Shown here: in pieces, positions 37,284 through 50,304 of the stretch | Numbering within the stretch: the first letter of the stretch is position 1 | How the letters are laid out: every line of letters starts with the position of its first letter | Source of the DNA: Chiloscyllium plagiosum | Lineage: Eukaryota | Length of the DNA: 64,000 bases | Assembly (NCBI RefSeq): GCF_004010195.1 | Contig: NC_057718.1 | Coordinates: 24,394,035 to 24,458,034, forward strand | Direction of reading: 5' to 3' | The notes under the pieces: model-generated | What the model was told of the DNA's origin: nothing | Databases searched by the model: none | What the model saw: the letters and a program-made list of their open reading frames with translations, nothing else | Translations under genes and position numbers: made by a program

Positions 37284-40261
37284 CCACAGTTTCTTTACAC
37301 ATGGATTCTGCAAGATCTGTTAAGTTTCTCTCACACTGTTTGTCTTTATTTCAGATTTCCACCCTATGCAGTATTTTGCTGTTATTGCCTTCATGAGTGT
37401 GTGGGTTTCTCTCACAGAGCTGCTAGCTCTGCAGGATCCAGAGCAGCTTAGGCTGAAACGAAAACTTGCATGACTTAAAATCAGTAACAGAAAAGCTGCA
37501 AGTAATATCAGAGAATGGCACAACAGAACGAGATGACTCAGTCCATCAAGAATTTTCTGTTCTTTCAAAGAGCAATCCTAATGGGCACAAAGCAAATTCT
37601 TTCTCCATAACCCTGTAATACCTTCTCTAATTTATCCATTTCTATTTTGTAGGCAACTGTTGAATTTGTACTCACCACCCTATCAGGCAACACATTCCAA
37701 CTCATCCATAAATTAGTTTTACTCACTGTTTTGTTCGTCTCCAATTACTGACATTTCAGGCTTTAGAACAGTTTCTCTTTACTTATTCTATTTAATCTCT
37801 TCATGATTTTGAACACATCAAATAAATCTCCTCTTAAACTTGTTTAGTCTAAGAAGAACAACTTCAGTTCTTGAATCTCTCCACCTAACAAGAATTGTTA
37901 GCCTAGAACTGTTTGATTAAATCTCTTCAAGACTGTCTCCAAAGCTTTCTCAGCTTTCCAAAGTGTGTTGTTTTGCTTCATCTTTTCCCATTTAAGGAGG
38001 CTTTAGGGAACCCATGTTAAGAAATAAGTGAGCTGTGTTAGCGGTTTGTTTAAGCAGATGTATTGACTGCAGAAATTATATAAAGTGAATGCAAGTGTTT
38101 TCCAGAAAGAAGCAAAATACAGCCATGCAAACTGAACATGAATATTTAAAATGGAAACAGGGTAACCAGTCATTGTGTTTTGAGCTATCTGTAAGGTTGT
38201 TTTGAAGGTAAGAGTTCAATCCTACTTTCTGATATTTATAATAAGGCTTCTTCAAATCGACCTTATAGAATGTAAGACAACTTTGTGTTTTTTCATTTGT
38301 GTGTGGTAAATTTAGATATTCTTTTGATAAAGGTACATTTGCAGCAACTTGAATATGTTCGCTGACTGACCAACACAGTAAACAACTTTGCAAATGATAA
38401 AACATATGATCACTCGAGCCGTGGAACAGATCAAAGCACACGCTTTTCCTGTCTTATTTGTCGATAGGATTGAGTAAGGAAAAGAAACAGTATCTGATAG
38501 TTTGCTGTGGATTGGACTGTACAACAATATTTGAAAGCCAGTAGGTACAGTGTCCAGACTTTGTATTTGCCATTCAAAAACAGTTATATATAAAAGGATC
38601 TAATGCTGAAGTACATACTATAAGATCTAAGGGACCTTTCAACAGATATATCCTGCGTCCAGGGTGCCTGGAGAAGGTCACATTTCTGGATCCCCGGTCA
38701 TTGGATCTGCTTTAGACATTGTGTGGTCTAGTCACACTAGATTTTGTGAAATGTTATGCAGTTGATAGAGTGGGTTGTCTCCTTTGTTGATCTGTACAAT
38801 GGCAAGAAACCAGCAACCATCTTTCTCAGAACTCTGGGGTGTTAACCTCGAGATTCCTTTGGATCCTCTGATCTCTGTGTGGTCTGTTGGGTCAATATCA
38901 AGTTCTTCTGTAGTTGATGATCTACACAATTCAGAAAATGGCCTTGTGGAGGGTCTTATCTAACAAGATCATCACAGGGCTTGTATGCAACTCCATCATA
39001 AAGTCTCTAGATGGAACAAATGTGCAATATATTTGAGGAACAAAGAGCATTACAAACTATTACATTTTTTTAACTGGGATTTTTGAAATAATTGTCTGTC
39101 TATTTTCCCGCAATGAATAGAATGATTGAACTTCCGACATGAAAAGTTTTAAATGGGGTAACATTTTCCTATTGACTGCTTGTAAAATAAAATTCCATAT
39201 ATATTCTCATCTGGGAAGCATTTCTGCTGCATTATCGAACACAGGTTTAACACAGCAATGAAGGGATAAAAACAACAATTAATTATAGGCGCTCTGAAAT
39301 ATTGTGCGCAGTCAGGGCACATGAAGCTGAAAACCACACTCTGAGCCAGATGCCACGATTTTTTAATGGCAATGAAGCCAGTGAAAAAAACAAAAACATA
39401 GAATTTGCAGTAATTCCACTTCCCAAGGTGAAACTGGGATGTTCCTCTTTTCCTTGAGAGAGGGTCCAAAGCCATCATGAATCTCACCACTTGCATTTTG
39501 CAGGTGGTCCATTTATGCTTTGAGATATGCAAGAAACAGAAATTTCTCTGAATATTTCATCTTACCAATTTATCTTTGCTTTACAGCCATCAGTGAGGTA
39601 ATTAAGCATGTTTGTACAAAAAGTTAAATGTGGTACACATTACTTTTGCTGGCAGTCTGTTCCCCACATCCACTGCTTCAAAAATCTAAAGCTGCTTCTA
39701 ATCTCCAGCCATCCTTGTAGTTTGTTGTCATGCACCCACAGCGTTTAGTCTGCATTTACAATTGACATGACATATATTTTAATTTGCAAAATTGTTATTT
39801 TCTGCAAGTTAAAAGCCCAAACTTTCAAAGGGGAATTGAAATTGAAACATTTGAGAATTATGAAAAAAGAAGAAAGTGGGACTGATTATATTTTTCTTGC
39901 AGACAGCTGACAGTATTTGGCCAAATAACCTTCTCTGAGCAAATGATTCTCTTATTCGAGATCACGTCAATCTTTTTCTCTCCACCAAAACCGAGTTCAG
40001 TCTTCATTGTTTGAAGTACACAGTTCAGCAATTTTGCTCGTTGGTCTTCTCTGCGCTACCCCAATATGTCTATATCTGGTAAACTAATTTGAATTTTCCA
40101 CGACTTGAAAATAGAGGATTGGCACAATTTGTTGAAACTTGTCAAAACAGAAGCATCTTCAGAATACGTTCCAGTCCATGATAAGTAATCATGAAAACAG
40201 TCTGACAATAACTGGGTGCTTTCAGCTACTGATCAATAATTGTTCTGAAGTCATGCTAATT

Positions 40262-40558
40262 TGGGTGGTGGCTCAGTGGTTAGCAATGCTGCCTCACAGA
40301 ACCAGGGTCCCAGATTCAATTCCAGCCTCGGGTGATTGTCTGTGTGGAGTTTGCACATTCTCCCGGTGTCTGCGTGGGTTTCCCCCCACAGTCCAAAGTT
40401 GTGCTGGTCATGTGAATTGGCCATGCTAAATTGCCCATAGTGTTAAGTGCATTAGTCGGAGGGAAATGGGGTCTGGGTGGGTTACTCTTCGGAGGGTTGG
40501 TCTGGACTAGTTGAGCTAAAGGGCCTGTTTCCACACTGTAGGGAATCTAATCTAATCT
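40262..40558 (+). mobile_element. HE1 / V-SINE
   Basis: tRNA head, V domain and (aatct)n tail. Confidence 0.9.
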
Positions 40559-41991
40559 GTTCAACTTTTGTGAATGAAAATGTCATCCTTTTGGGGACAT
40601 ACTATCCATGGGACCTGGAAACAGAGTATCTGAGCCAATAATCTGTTTGTCAGTGCTCTTTAGCCAACAGGAGTTCCTGTTGAAAAAAATGATTCGGGTC
40701 TTTTGTGAAGACTTAAGAACTGAACTATACATACACTCCATCCATCACCTGCTTCAAAATCAGCCCTAACGTATTTGGTAGGGTATGCAGAGTTGGAGAA
40801 GATAGGATAGGGTATAAGGTAAGAAATAATGGTGATTGGATTTAAAGACCAGAATGAAGAATTTAAATTTGGCGTGTTGGAGAGCTAGTGAGAAACATCA
40901 GTGAAAATGATTGCAGTGTGAAACCTAATGCAGGACAAAATGTGTTAAGTGGCATTTTCGGTAATTTAGAGTTCAACATAGGATACTGGAGAAAGCATTT
41001 AAGTAGCCATGTCAGGAAGGATAAAAAAATGTGCAAAGCTTTCAATGGAGTTGATGTTGAATTAAGATCTGTGAAGGCAGTGGTGCTAAGGTAGAATTAA
41101 ACAGTTTTTGTAATGAATAAGGTATGGTATTTAAGGCTCCGTTTAGCATTATGAAGGATGCCAGGGTTGCTTTTGTAGTATTCAATCAGGGAAAGAGCCA
41201 TAAAAGGACTTGGATCAATATTGTGAGGGTGGACTTTGTGAGCAAAGTACAGGATGCGGCAAAAATAAGGATCCTCCCACTGTTGAGAAAGGTGACTGTG
41301 TTAGGAGACAAGTAAGAATGCTGTAGGTAACTTTAAATATTTACTTAGAATGGGCTGGATTCCGCTGAACAACTGCATGACTGAACTGGTGCAAGAAATC
41401 CAAACCATTTTTGGATTTGGGCCTCAAGTAATTATCAGAAACAGTCAGGAATACTTTATGGGGATTCCTGAAAATTACATCTGGTGGATCTTTGGTTCTA
41501 TAGGGAAGATGGAGGTGTGTCCGCCCCATTTCCAAATGGCTAATGCTCATTTTCAGGATGAAAACAGATGGCAGCCATTTGGAAATCAGATCGGCAGCCT
41601 AGCAGAAGAGGTTTTGGAGAATTTGAAGAATTTGGAAGACAGCTCGCTGTTGGAGGTATTACGTAGGACAAGAGGGTCTCGATTGGAGGCAATGCAAGAG
41701 AAGGAAAAGAGACCATTTGTTGGAAAAACACTGGTTACTGTCAAACGGAGCAACTCAGTGTATGTTGATGGATCTTGACGACAGCAGAGACAGGTACTGG
41801 CATTCTTTTGGTAATCTTGTTGAATGCTGCAGAAATATCAAGGAGGAAAAACAAATTGTCATCAATATCACCAAAGATATGTGACTTGGATTGAACTGTA
41901 CTGGTGCTGTGACAGAGCCAGAGTCAAATTGCGGAAGTTAAACAGGAAGTTTCAGGAAAATACTAAGATTGATGCTGAGTGATGAAGAAGT

Positions 41992-42317
41992 GGGTGGCAT
42001 GGTGGCTCAGTGGTTAGCACTGCTCATCACAGCACCAGGGACATGGGTTCAATTCCCACCTCAGGCAATTGTCTGTGTGGAGTTTGCATGTTTGCCTCAT
42101 GTCTGTGTGAGTTTCCTCAGGGTATGCTGGTTTCCTGCCACAATCCAAAGACGTGCCAGTCAGGTGAATTGGCCGTACTAAATTGTCCATAGTATGAGGT
42201 ATTAGTCAGGGGTAAATATCAGGTAGGGGAATGTGTCTAGGTGGGTTACTCTTCGGAGGGTTGGTGTGGACTTGTTGGGCCAAATGGCCTGTTTCCATAC
42301 TGTAGGGAATCTAATCT
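41992..42317 (+). mobile_element. HE1 / V-SINE (a partial second copy lies at ~42395-42578)
   Basis: tRNA head, V domain and tail. Confidence 0.9.
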
Positions 42318-42899
42318 TAAAAAAAAGATGGTAGAAGATCTGCATGAGAAGACAAGGTTGGGGATAAAGTGGTAATATGGAGAAAACCTCCAGGTGGCCT
42401 GGTTTCCTCCCGTAGTCTAAAGCTATGCCATGTAGGCCCATACTGCACAGGCTAGGTGGAGAAGCCATGGATGGGGAGAGGGGGCTGGGTCTGCATGAGA
42501 TGCTCTTCAGAGGGGGTTGGTGTACACTTGATGGGCCAAATGATCTGTTTCCACACCTAGGGAGTCAACAATTCTATAACAGAATTTCTGCCAACCTGCA
42601 AAACCAAGAATCTCAAAATCAAATTTGCAATTGCTTGCTTTAACACTGTCAGTGCCAACCATCTATTTTCTTTGCATTTCACAACTAATTCAGGGATTTA
42701 TCTTTGATCTCTTTTCTATTTTCATCATTTTTGCACTCCTGTTATTTCTGTATCTGTGTTACTAATTCTTCTCAGTTTAGTCATAAATAATATCATCTTA
42801 TTGGTTAATTCAAGAGTGCCTGGTTAAATTGACTCCTTTAAAACATAAGTTAATTTGGTTTTGTGAGAAAGGAAAGGGATCTTTTTTATTATCTCACAG

Positions 42900-43260
42900 G
42901 AAAGTAAATCAAAGAATTGTGGATGCTGGAGATCTGAAACAGAAACAGAAATTATTGGCGAAATTCAGCAGATCTGGCAGCATCTGAGGGCAGAGTGTAG
43001 AGTTAACATTTTGAGGCTGGTGTCTCTTCTTAAGAACTGATAGCAGCTAGGAAAAGGTGGTATTTATGCTGGAGACAAGGTTGGGAGTGGTGGGAGGAGA
43101 GGTGACTGGATAAGTGGAGACAGAGCTGAGAACGAAAGAGATATGAAAGGCGTAAGCAAATGAGCCTGGACAGAAGCGAAGCTGAGTAAGAGATAATGAC
43201 AGCTGAGAGTTGAACAAAATGGAGAGGCTGTGCTTAAAGCAAATGGCATCCAGTGGAAGG
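42900..43260 (-). mobile_element. Penelope-like 3' terminal fragment
   Basis: gatgctggagatctgaaac...cagcagatctggcagcatctg...agttaacattttga, as in the other PLE termini. Confidence 0.7.
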
Positions 43261-43304
43261 TGATAGCTTAGTGTGTTGTCAGTAGACTTTTACTTCAACG
43301 ACAC

Positions 43305-46282
43305 AGCTCATGGTGGGGTTTGAACCCGGAACCCCAGAACATGTCAAATGGTGGAATTTGAACTTAATTTTAAAAATTTTGGAATTAAACCATAATCGAT
43401 TGTCAGATCGGGTTCACTAATGTCCTTCAGAAAAGGAAATCCTCCATCCTCACCCGGTCTGCCCTACATGTGAATTCAGACCCACAGCAATGTGGTTGAC
43501 TCTGAATTGCCCTCTGAAATGACCTAACAAGCCATTCAGTTGTCTAAATTGCTAGAGAAATGAAACCAGGTGGACCACGTGGCACTGACCTAGGCACCAG
43601 AAAAGATAAGCATAAATAGCCCTGTCTCATGTCAAAATTGGGAGTGCTGTCTCATAGACTAGTGAATAGTCTGACATAGTTCAACTCACTGAACCATACC
43701 TCACCAATAATGTCCCAGACACCACAATCACCTTTCCTGGAAATTTCCTGTCCCAACGATAGGACAGAACCAGCAGAGGTGGCGGCACAGTGGCATACAG
43801 TTGGGAAAGAGTTGCCTGTGGAGTCCTTAACATTGACTTTGGAACCCATGAAGTCTTATGGCTTCAGGTTAAACATGGGCAAGGCAACCTCCTGCTGATT
43901 ACCACATACCGTTCTCTCTCAGCTGATGAATTGGTGCTCAGTATTGGTAATCAATGACTGGCTTAGCAGCAACACTACTGATCAAGCTGGTTGGGTCCTA
44001 ATGGACATAACTGCTAGACTGGGTCTGTGGCAGATGGTAAGGGAACTATCAAGAGAGAAATGCGTACTTGACCTCATCCTTAAGTCTGCCAGCTGTAGAT
44101 GAATCTGTCCATGGCAGTCTCAGTAAGAGTGAGCACTGCACAGTCCTGGTAAAGACAAGGCCCACCTTCATATTGAGAATATCTTCCATCATGTTGTGTG
44201 GCACTATCACTGTGCTAAATGGGACAGACTTTGAATATATAATAACTCAAGACTAGGCATCCATGAGATGCTGTGTGCCATCAACCGCAGTAGAATTGTA
44301 CTCCAACACAATCTGTAATCTCGTGACCAGGCATATGCCCAACTCAACCATTACCATCAAGCCTGGTTCAATGGAAAGTGCAGGAGGGGATGCCAGGATC
44401 AACACTTGGCACATCTAAAAGTGAGGTATCATACTAGTGAAGCCACCAAACTGGACTATTTGCATGCCAAACAGCATAAGCAGGAAGTGACAGACAGAGC
44501 TGAACAATCTCACAACCAACAGATCAGATCTAAGCTCTGCAGTCCTGCCACATTCAGTTGTGAATGGTGATGGATAATTCACTGGAGAAGGAGGCTCCAC
44601 AATGATGGAATAGCCCAGCACATCAGTGCAAAAGATAAGGCTGAAGCTATTGAGGTAATCTTCAGGCAGAAGTGCCAAGTGGATGATCCACTTCAGCCTC
44701 CTCCAGTGGTTCCCAACATCTCAGTTACCAGTCTTCAGCCAATGTGATTCACTCCACGTGATGTCAAGAAGAGACACTGGATACGGCAAAGGCTGCAGGT
44801 CCTGACATAATTCCGGCATTTGTACCAAGGTCTTGTGCTCCAGAATATGTTGCTCCCCTAGTCAAGCTGTTCCAGTACAGTTACAATACTGGAATCTACC
44901 CAACAATTTCCCAAGTATGTCCGCATATAAAAAGCAGGGTAAATCCAACCTGGCCAATTACCACCCCATCAGTCTGCTCTTAATCATCAGTAAAATGATA
45001 GGTGTCATCAACAGTGCTAACAAGCAGCACTTGTTCAGTGATGCCCAGTTTGGGTTCCACCAGGGCCACTCAACTCTTGACCTCATTTACAGCCTTGGTT
45101 CAAACATGGACGAAAGAGCTGAATTCAAGAGGTGAGATGAAAGTAACAGCCCTTGGCATCAAGGCTGCATTTGACCAAGTGTGGTATCAAGGAGCTCGAG
45201 CAAAATTGGAATCAGTGGGTATCTAGGACAATCTCTCCAATGGTTGAAGTCATACCTGAAATGTAGGAAGGTAACCATGGTTGTTGGAGGTCAGTCACCT
45301 TAGCTCCTGGACATCTCTGCAGGAGTTCCTCAGACTAGGGGCCTAGGCCCAACTATCTTCAACTGCTTCACCAATGACCTTCCCTCCATCATGAGGTCAG
45401 AAGTAGGGCTGTTCATCAATGATTGCACAATATTCAGACACTGAAGCAGTCCATATTTAAATGCAACAAGATCTGGACAATATCCAGGCTTGGGCTAGCA
45501 AGTGGCAAATAACGTTCACACCACACAAATGCCAGGCTATGACCATCACCAATAAAAGACAATATAACCATTATCCCTTGTCATTCAATGGTGCTACCAT
45601 CACTGAATCCCCCACTATCAACGTTCTTGGTGTTACCATTGACCAGAAACTCAATGGACCTGTCGCATAAAAACAATGGCTACAAGAGCATGGTCAGCAG
45701 CTAGGAATACTGCAGCAAGTAGCTCACGTCCTCAATCCCCAAAGCCTGTCCACCATCTACAAGGCACAAGTTAGGAATGTGATGGAATACTCCCCACTTG
45801 CCTGGATGTGTGCAGCTATGACAACACTCAAGAAGCTAGACACCAACCATGACAAAAGCTGCCTGCTTGATTTGCACCACATCCACAAACATCCATTCCC
45901 TCCATCACCGATACTCAGTAACAGCAGTGTGTATTATCTACAAGATGCACCACAGAAAGTCACCAAAGATTCTGAGACAGCACCTTCCAAACCCATGACC
46001 ATTTCCATTTAGAAGGACAAGGGCAGCAGATATATGGGAACACCACTACCTGCAAGTTGCATTCCATGCCATTCACCTGGCTTGGAAATATATCACCATT
46101 CCTTTATTGTAACGGTCAAATTTTTGGAATTCCCTCCCTAAGGGTATTATGGGCAACTTACAACAGATGGACTGCAGTGGTTCAAGAAGGCAGCTCACCA
46201 CAACCTTCTCAAGGGCAACTGAGGACGGGCATTAAACGCTGGCCGGCCAGCCACACCCACATCCCATGAATGAATTAAAAAA
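43305..46282 (+). mobile_element. Near full-length decayed single-ORF LINE (APE + RT), CR1-Zenon-like
   Basis: APE remnants at ~43630-44160. RT: KKQGKSNLANYHPISLL, DAQFGFHQGHS, ALGIKAAFDQVW, AGVPQ, and FINDCT at the YADD position. C-terminal YKAQVRNVMEYSPLAW. Tail ends gaatgaattaaaaa. Many stops and frameshifts. Confidence 0.88.
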
Positions 46283-46354
46283 TAATATGACAGGATCAGG
46301 ATGTGGAGGTTGGTAAAACAAATGGAAGGACGAAATCCAGCTCTAGGTTGATTA

Positions 46355-46650
46355 GACCATAAGGCTTTAAGATGTAGAAGCAGAATTAGGCCATTCAACT
46401 AACTGAGTCTGCTTCATCATTCAATCGTGGCTGATGTGTTTCACATCCCCATTCTCCTGTATTCTTGCTGTAACTCTTGATCTTACCAACCAAGAACCTG
46501 CCTTCCTCTGTTTTATATACACTTAGTGACTTGGTCTATATAGTCCCCTGTGGCAATGAACACCACAGATGAACCACCCACTGACTGAAGCAATTCTTTC
46601 TCACCTCAGTTCGAAAGGTTTGTCCCTTCACTCTGAGGCTGTGCCTCAAT
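46355..46650 (-). mobile_element. CR1/HER1 3' UTR fragment
   Basis: Similar to 24345-24630. Confidence 0.75.
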
Positions 46651-46802
46651 TTCGCGTTCTAGGAACTGCAGGGACCCCAAGTAGAAAATGAGCTGCTGCT
46701 GTGTGAAAATGAATGAGTGATACTTACCTGTAGTTATTCATCAACTTAACAAAAATGTTGCAAATTCTTTACCAAACTTTGCAGATAATGTCGAATTACA
46801 GG

Positions 46803-47105
46803 GGATGGTACAACGGCTTGGTGGTTAGCATTGTTGCCACACAGCACCAGCGATCCATCTGCAATTCTACTCTCAGGCGACTATCTGTGTGGGGTTTGCA
46901 CATTCTCCCTGTGTCTGTGCAGATTTCCTCCGGGTGCTCCAGTTTCCTGCCCACTGTCCAAAGATGTGCATGTTAGACTGTTTGGTCTTATTAAATTGCC
47001 CAAAGTGTCCAAGGCTTGTGTACACTAGATGGGAAATACAGGGCTACAGGGAGTGCATGGGATGCTGTTTGGAAACTCACTGTGGACTCAATAGGCCAAA
47101 TGGTC
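46803..47105 (+). mobile_element. Degenerate HE1 / V-SINE
   Basis: V-domain tttgcacattctccctgtgtctg...tccaaagatgtgc. Confidence 0.8.
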
Positions 47106-47149
47106 TGATCAGTTCAGAGAAACATCATTTACAAAAACAAAGTGATTTC

Positions 47150-49800
47150 CTTTAATTCAAGAATTTTTTATTATTTTATCCATATAATTTACAGAATACC
47201 TATAAAATAACATTTTTTCTCAGTTTCATAGCATTTCTTCATTTTGATAATATCCATAGAACTTTGGAAGTTTGTCTAACCAATACAAGGCATCCACTTT
47301 CATACATCAGGACCCCTAGTCAGAACTTTGCATCGTTGGACAAACTTCAGAGACATAGTAGTTTGAAACGTATCAAACAGAACAGTATGCTCAATATTTA
47401 CTGGGTTCAGGTACTAGATGTGATTAATGAATATTTAAATGTGGTGATAGGAATTGTCAAATTTCTTACCATTTGAATATTAGGTTGTCTACAAGATTTG
47501 AAGAATACGTGTATTGTTATTCTGTACAGATGGAACTGGGGAACTACAGGAGTACTTCAATTCTCTTCATTGTTGGCAAAGAGTCGTTTAGAATACTATT
47601 CAATGGAAATGATGTATTGGTGTGAGATTCAGAATGCTTGACCTCCCCCCTTCATGTAAATTATAACTACTATATTGCATTCTATAACACAGTTTATCTA
47701 CCTGAGTGACACCTTAACAGAACTGGCAGGTTAATATGGTATCGGATATGCATACTAAAATAGAGACCTACAATCCTGTAATGCTGCCATCTTTATCCTA
47801 AACCTATGAAATCTATTGTAAATACTTTAAGAAACTAAAAGGAAATTTCTCATTAAGTAGCTCCAGGTTAGTTGGAAAGTGACAGGACCAGCTCCCCATC
47901 ATGTAGGAGAGGAGTAACCAGGACCGAATGCATGCTGATCAAATCACAAATAAGACTGCATGACATGAACATCCAACTCCCTAGACAATTTTTTATTCTC
48001 TACTCACAGCTTAAAGAAGGAAGATAGACTTCTGGTGACCAAGAAAAAGTGCTTTAAAAATGTCATAAATCAACCAATGAAGAGTTGAAATTAAATAATT
48101 TGAATTCATAGCTGTTTCTACAGTTGGATAAAGAAGCATTGTGTATGGTATAGTTAGAATAAATGGAGCAGAATTGTACTAATCTGGCAAGAAGACTGGA
48201 TGCACAGATCACATTTAAGTTATGAAGAAGCTGAACTATTTTGAGAATTTGTGGGTCACATTTGGGTTTGGTGAGCCACTGGCACTGCAAATGACCAAAG
48301 TGTAGCATCCAATCTACCACGGTCAGTACAATGAGATCATCAGAATCATGCCAAAATCTCAGTCAGTAAGTCTGCTCAGGTCTATCACTTTGTATGTTAT
48401 ATGTTCATGCAGCATTCAATTGCTAAACAGAATGAAGTGAAGTGTAGTTCTATGAAATGCAGCCACACTGCAAAACCATTTGAATAACACTTGATGCAGT
48501 GGACAGTGAAAAATGCTTTTGTCTATCTACCAACCAAACTGTTCAATTATAAGTCATTTTGCTGCTGGTGTCTTTTGAGTCTAAAACTTGGATGCCAAGT
48601 GCTTAAAATCATTTGTAAAATCGTATTTTTTTTCCCAATGTTCTGTTTAATCTGCAGTATTATTTGGTATATTGAAATGTCACTGGGACTTAATTGAGTA
48701 AAAATGTTCATGCCAATAACTTTACCCTTAAGTAATATAATGACATTGTAATGGTTATATTTCTACTGGCATTTCTAAGTGGTACTAAACACAGCAAATT
48801 CACACATCAGACTCACTGCATTACATTACAGGGGAGTGAGTGAGACTTCCAAAATATGGATCACTGGCACTTCTGAATCATCAGAACAAAATACTGTCCA
48901 CATGCAGCTTACGAAAGATAAACTAAAGAGCATACACCAATAACTACTAATTTACACTTCCATCATATATTAACAATAATCGTTTAAAAAAGAAATGTTG
49001 TCTTTTAGTGCCTTTACTATGCTCAGCTTCAATGGGATGATGTTGGAAAAGTGCCGTTAATTTATACATGCATGTACAAAGGTATGATCATGAGTACTGA
49101 AATACGGAAGGCGGAAACCAAAGGAAAGCTATAATGAAACAATGTTTTGAATAATTAAATATATACTATTATCTTCAATACAGGTTGATCAGAATATTCC
49201 CATATAAAACCGCTGAAAATTTGGATTTCTAGCAGTCCAGAGGTGCAGAGTGCTGGCTCAGTCCCAGGCTCTATCTTTGTGCTTCCAGGAGCACAGTACA
49301 TGTCTGTCCACAGTCTAAGCGGTTCAAATTCTCTTATCTGCAGTGAACCATCAAAAAGTCTCCTATCTGTTTTGGCACCATATCCATATCATATAGCAGG
49401 CGACAGCAGTGAGTAAACTAAAAGTGAAAATGTCCAGACTGTTAAAAAAAACTTTAAAGACAGAATAGTGTCTGTAGAATAAAGACTGTGTTTCAACTGT
49501 TTGTGGAGTCTCTGACTGGGAGGCTTTTAATATTAGAATTCAATGTTTTAAAAAAAACTCTTCAAAAGAATTTTACACCCATTTATGCAAAAAAAATTAT
49601 AGACATCCAATGTTTGGGTGCCAGCGTGCCCAATTCAAAGCTTCCTGCTCAAGTTTGGCCACATTCAAACAAAAATCATACTCACACATTAGGGCAGGTT
49701 TTGTACAGTGCTTGCTTTAGATGGGTATCTATCTGATGGCAGCATTGAGAGTTGGGAGTATTTCCTACAGACTGGGGAGGTTGTGATTGTTTATCTTATC
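47150..49800 (-). other. GREM2: GREM2 3' UTR (~2.65 kb)
   Basis: No recognisable TE, unlike both flanks. Ends at a minus-strand AATAAA (47167-47172). A second AATAAA lies at 47992-47997. Confidence 0.6.
47167..47172 (-). terminator. Polyadenylation signal for GREM2
   Basis: TTTATT on + (AATAAA on -), with minus-strand downstream element cactttgtttttgt at 47131-47144. Confidence 0.6.
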
Positions 49801-50304
49801 TCACTGCTTGCTCCAGTCATTCACATTTACTGATATACATTTGCACTGCTTGACTCGTTGGATTTTCTTGTGTCTGAAGGGAGGCTGCAGGTCAGGGCAG
49901 TTCAGTTTGACAGTCAGGGTAGTAAATTTTTGTGGTTTACAGAAGGCGCAGGACTGGAAGGACTCCTGATCCCTTTTAACATGCCTGGGGATGTAGAAGG
50001 AGTTGCACTGTCCGTAGCAGAATCTGTTGATGACAGTCCGGCTCACACAACCATCCTCATTGATGGTCTGCCTAAGGGGCTGGGTTTTGCACCAATCACT
50101 CTTCAAGTACTTTCTTTCCGTTACCACCAGTGCCTCTTGACTGGAAGCTAGAACGTCCTGCCTCCGATGTGTGCGTTTCTCTGAGCTGTTAGTATTTCCC
50201 TTATAAAGAGGTGGGATGGCTCCTGGAGGACGATTTTTCTTCATCTCCACTGCTACCATCAACATCCCCATCAAGAACAGAAGGATGACAGTTTTTTGAT
50301 TCAT
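49801..50304 (-). CDS. GREM2: Gremlin-2 (DAN-family cystine-knot BMP antagonist), 167 aa, single coding exon
   Basis: Signal peptide MNQKTVILLFLMGMLMVAVE, then KNRPPGAIP, VLASSQEALVVTERKYLKSDWCKTQPLRQT, NRFCYGQCNSFYIPRH, FQSCAFCKPQ and CKC. The minus-strand acceptor gttttttttctgtag|G ATG puts the start 1 nt into the exon. Gremlin identity is secure; GREM2 versus another paralogue is less so. Confidence 0.92.
   Translation of the reverse strand: MNQKTVILLFLMGMLMVAVEMKKNRPPGAIPPLYKGNTNSSEKRTHRRQDVLASSQEALVVTERKYLKSDWCKTQPLRQTINEDGCVSRTVINRFCYGQCNSFYIPRHVKRDQESFQSCAFCKPQKFTTLTVKLNCPDLQPPFRHKKIQRVKQCKCISVNVNDWSKQ

Noticed and set aside
39588..39598. 11-nt micro-exon-like pattern tttacag|ccatcagtgag|gtaatt
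   Set aside because: It lies beyond the FMN2 poly(A) site with no gene to attach to, so it is likely chance.
49858..50151. 97-aa ORF antisense to the gremlin CDS
   Set aside because: Shadow ORF of the coding strand with no recognisable domain.
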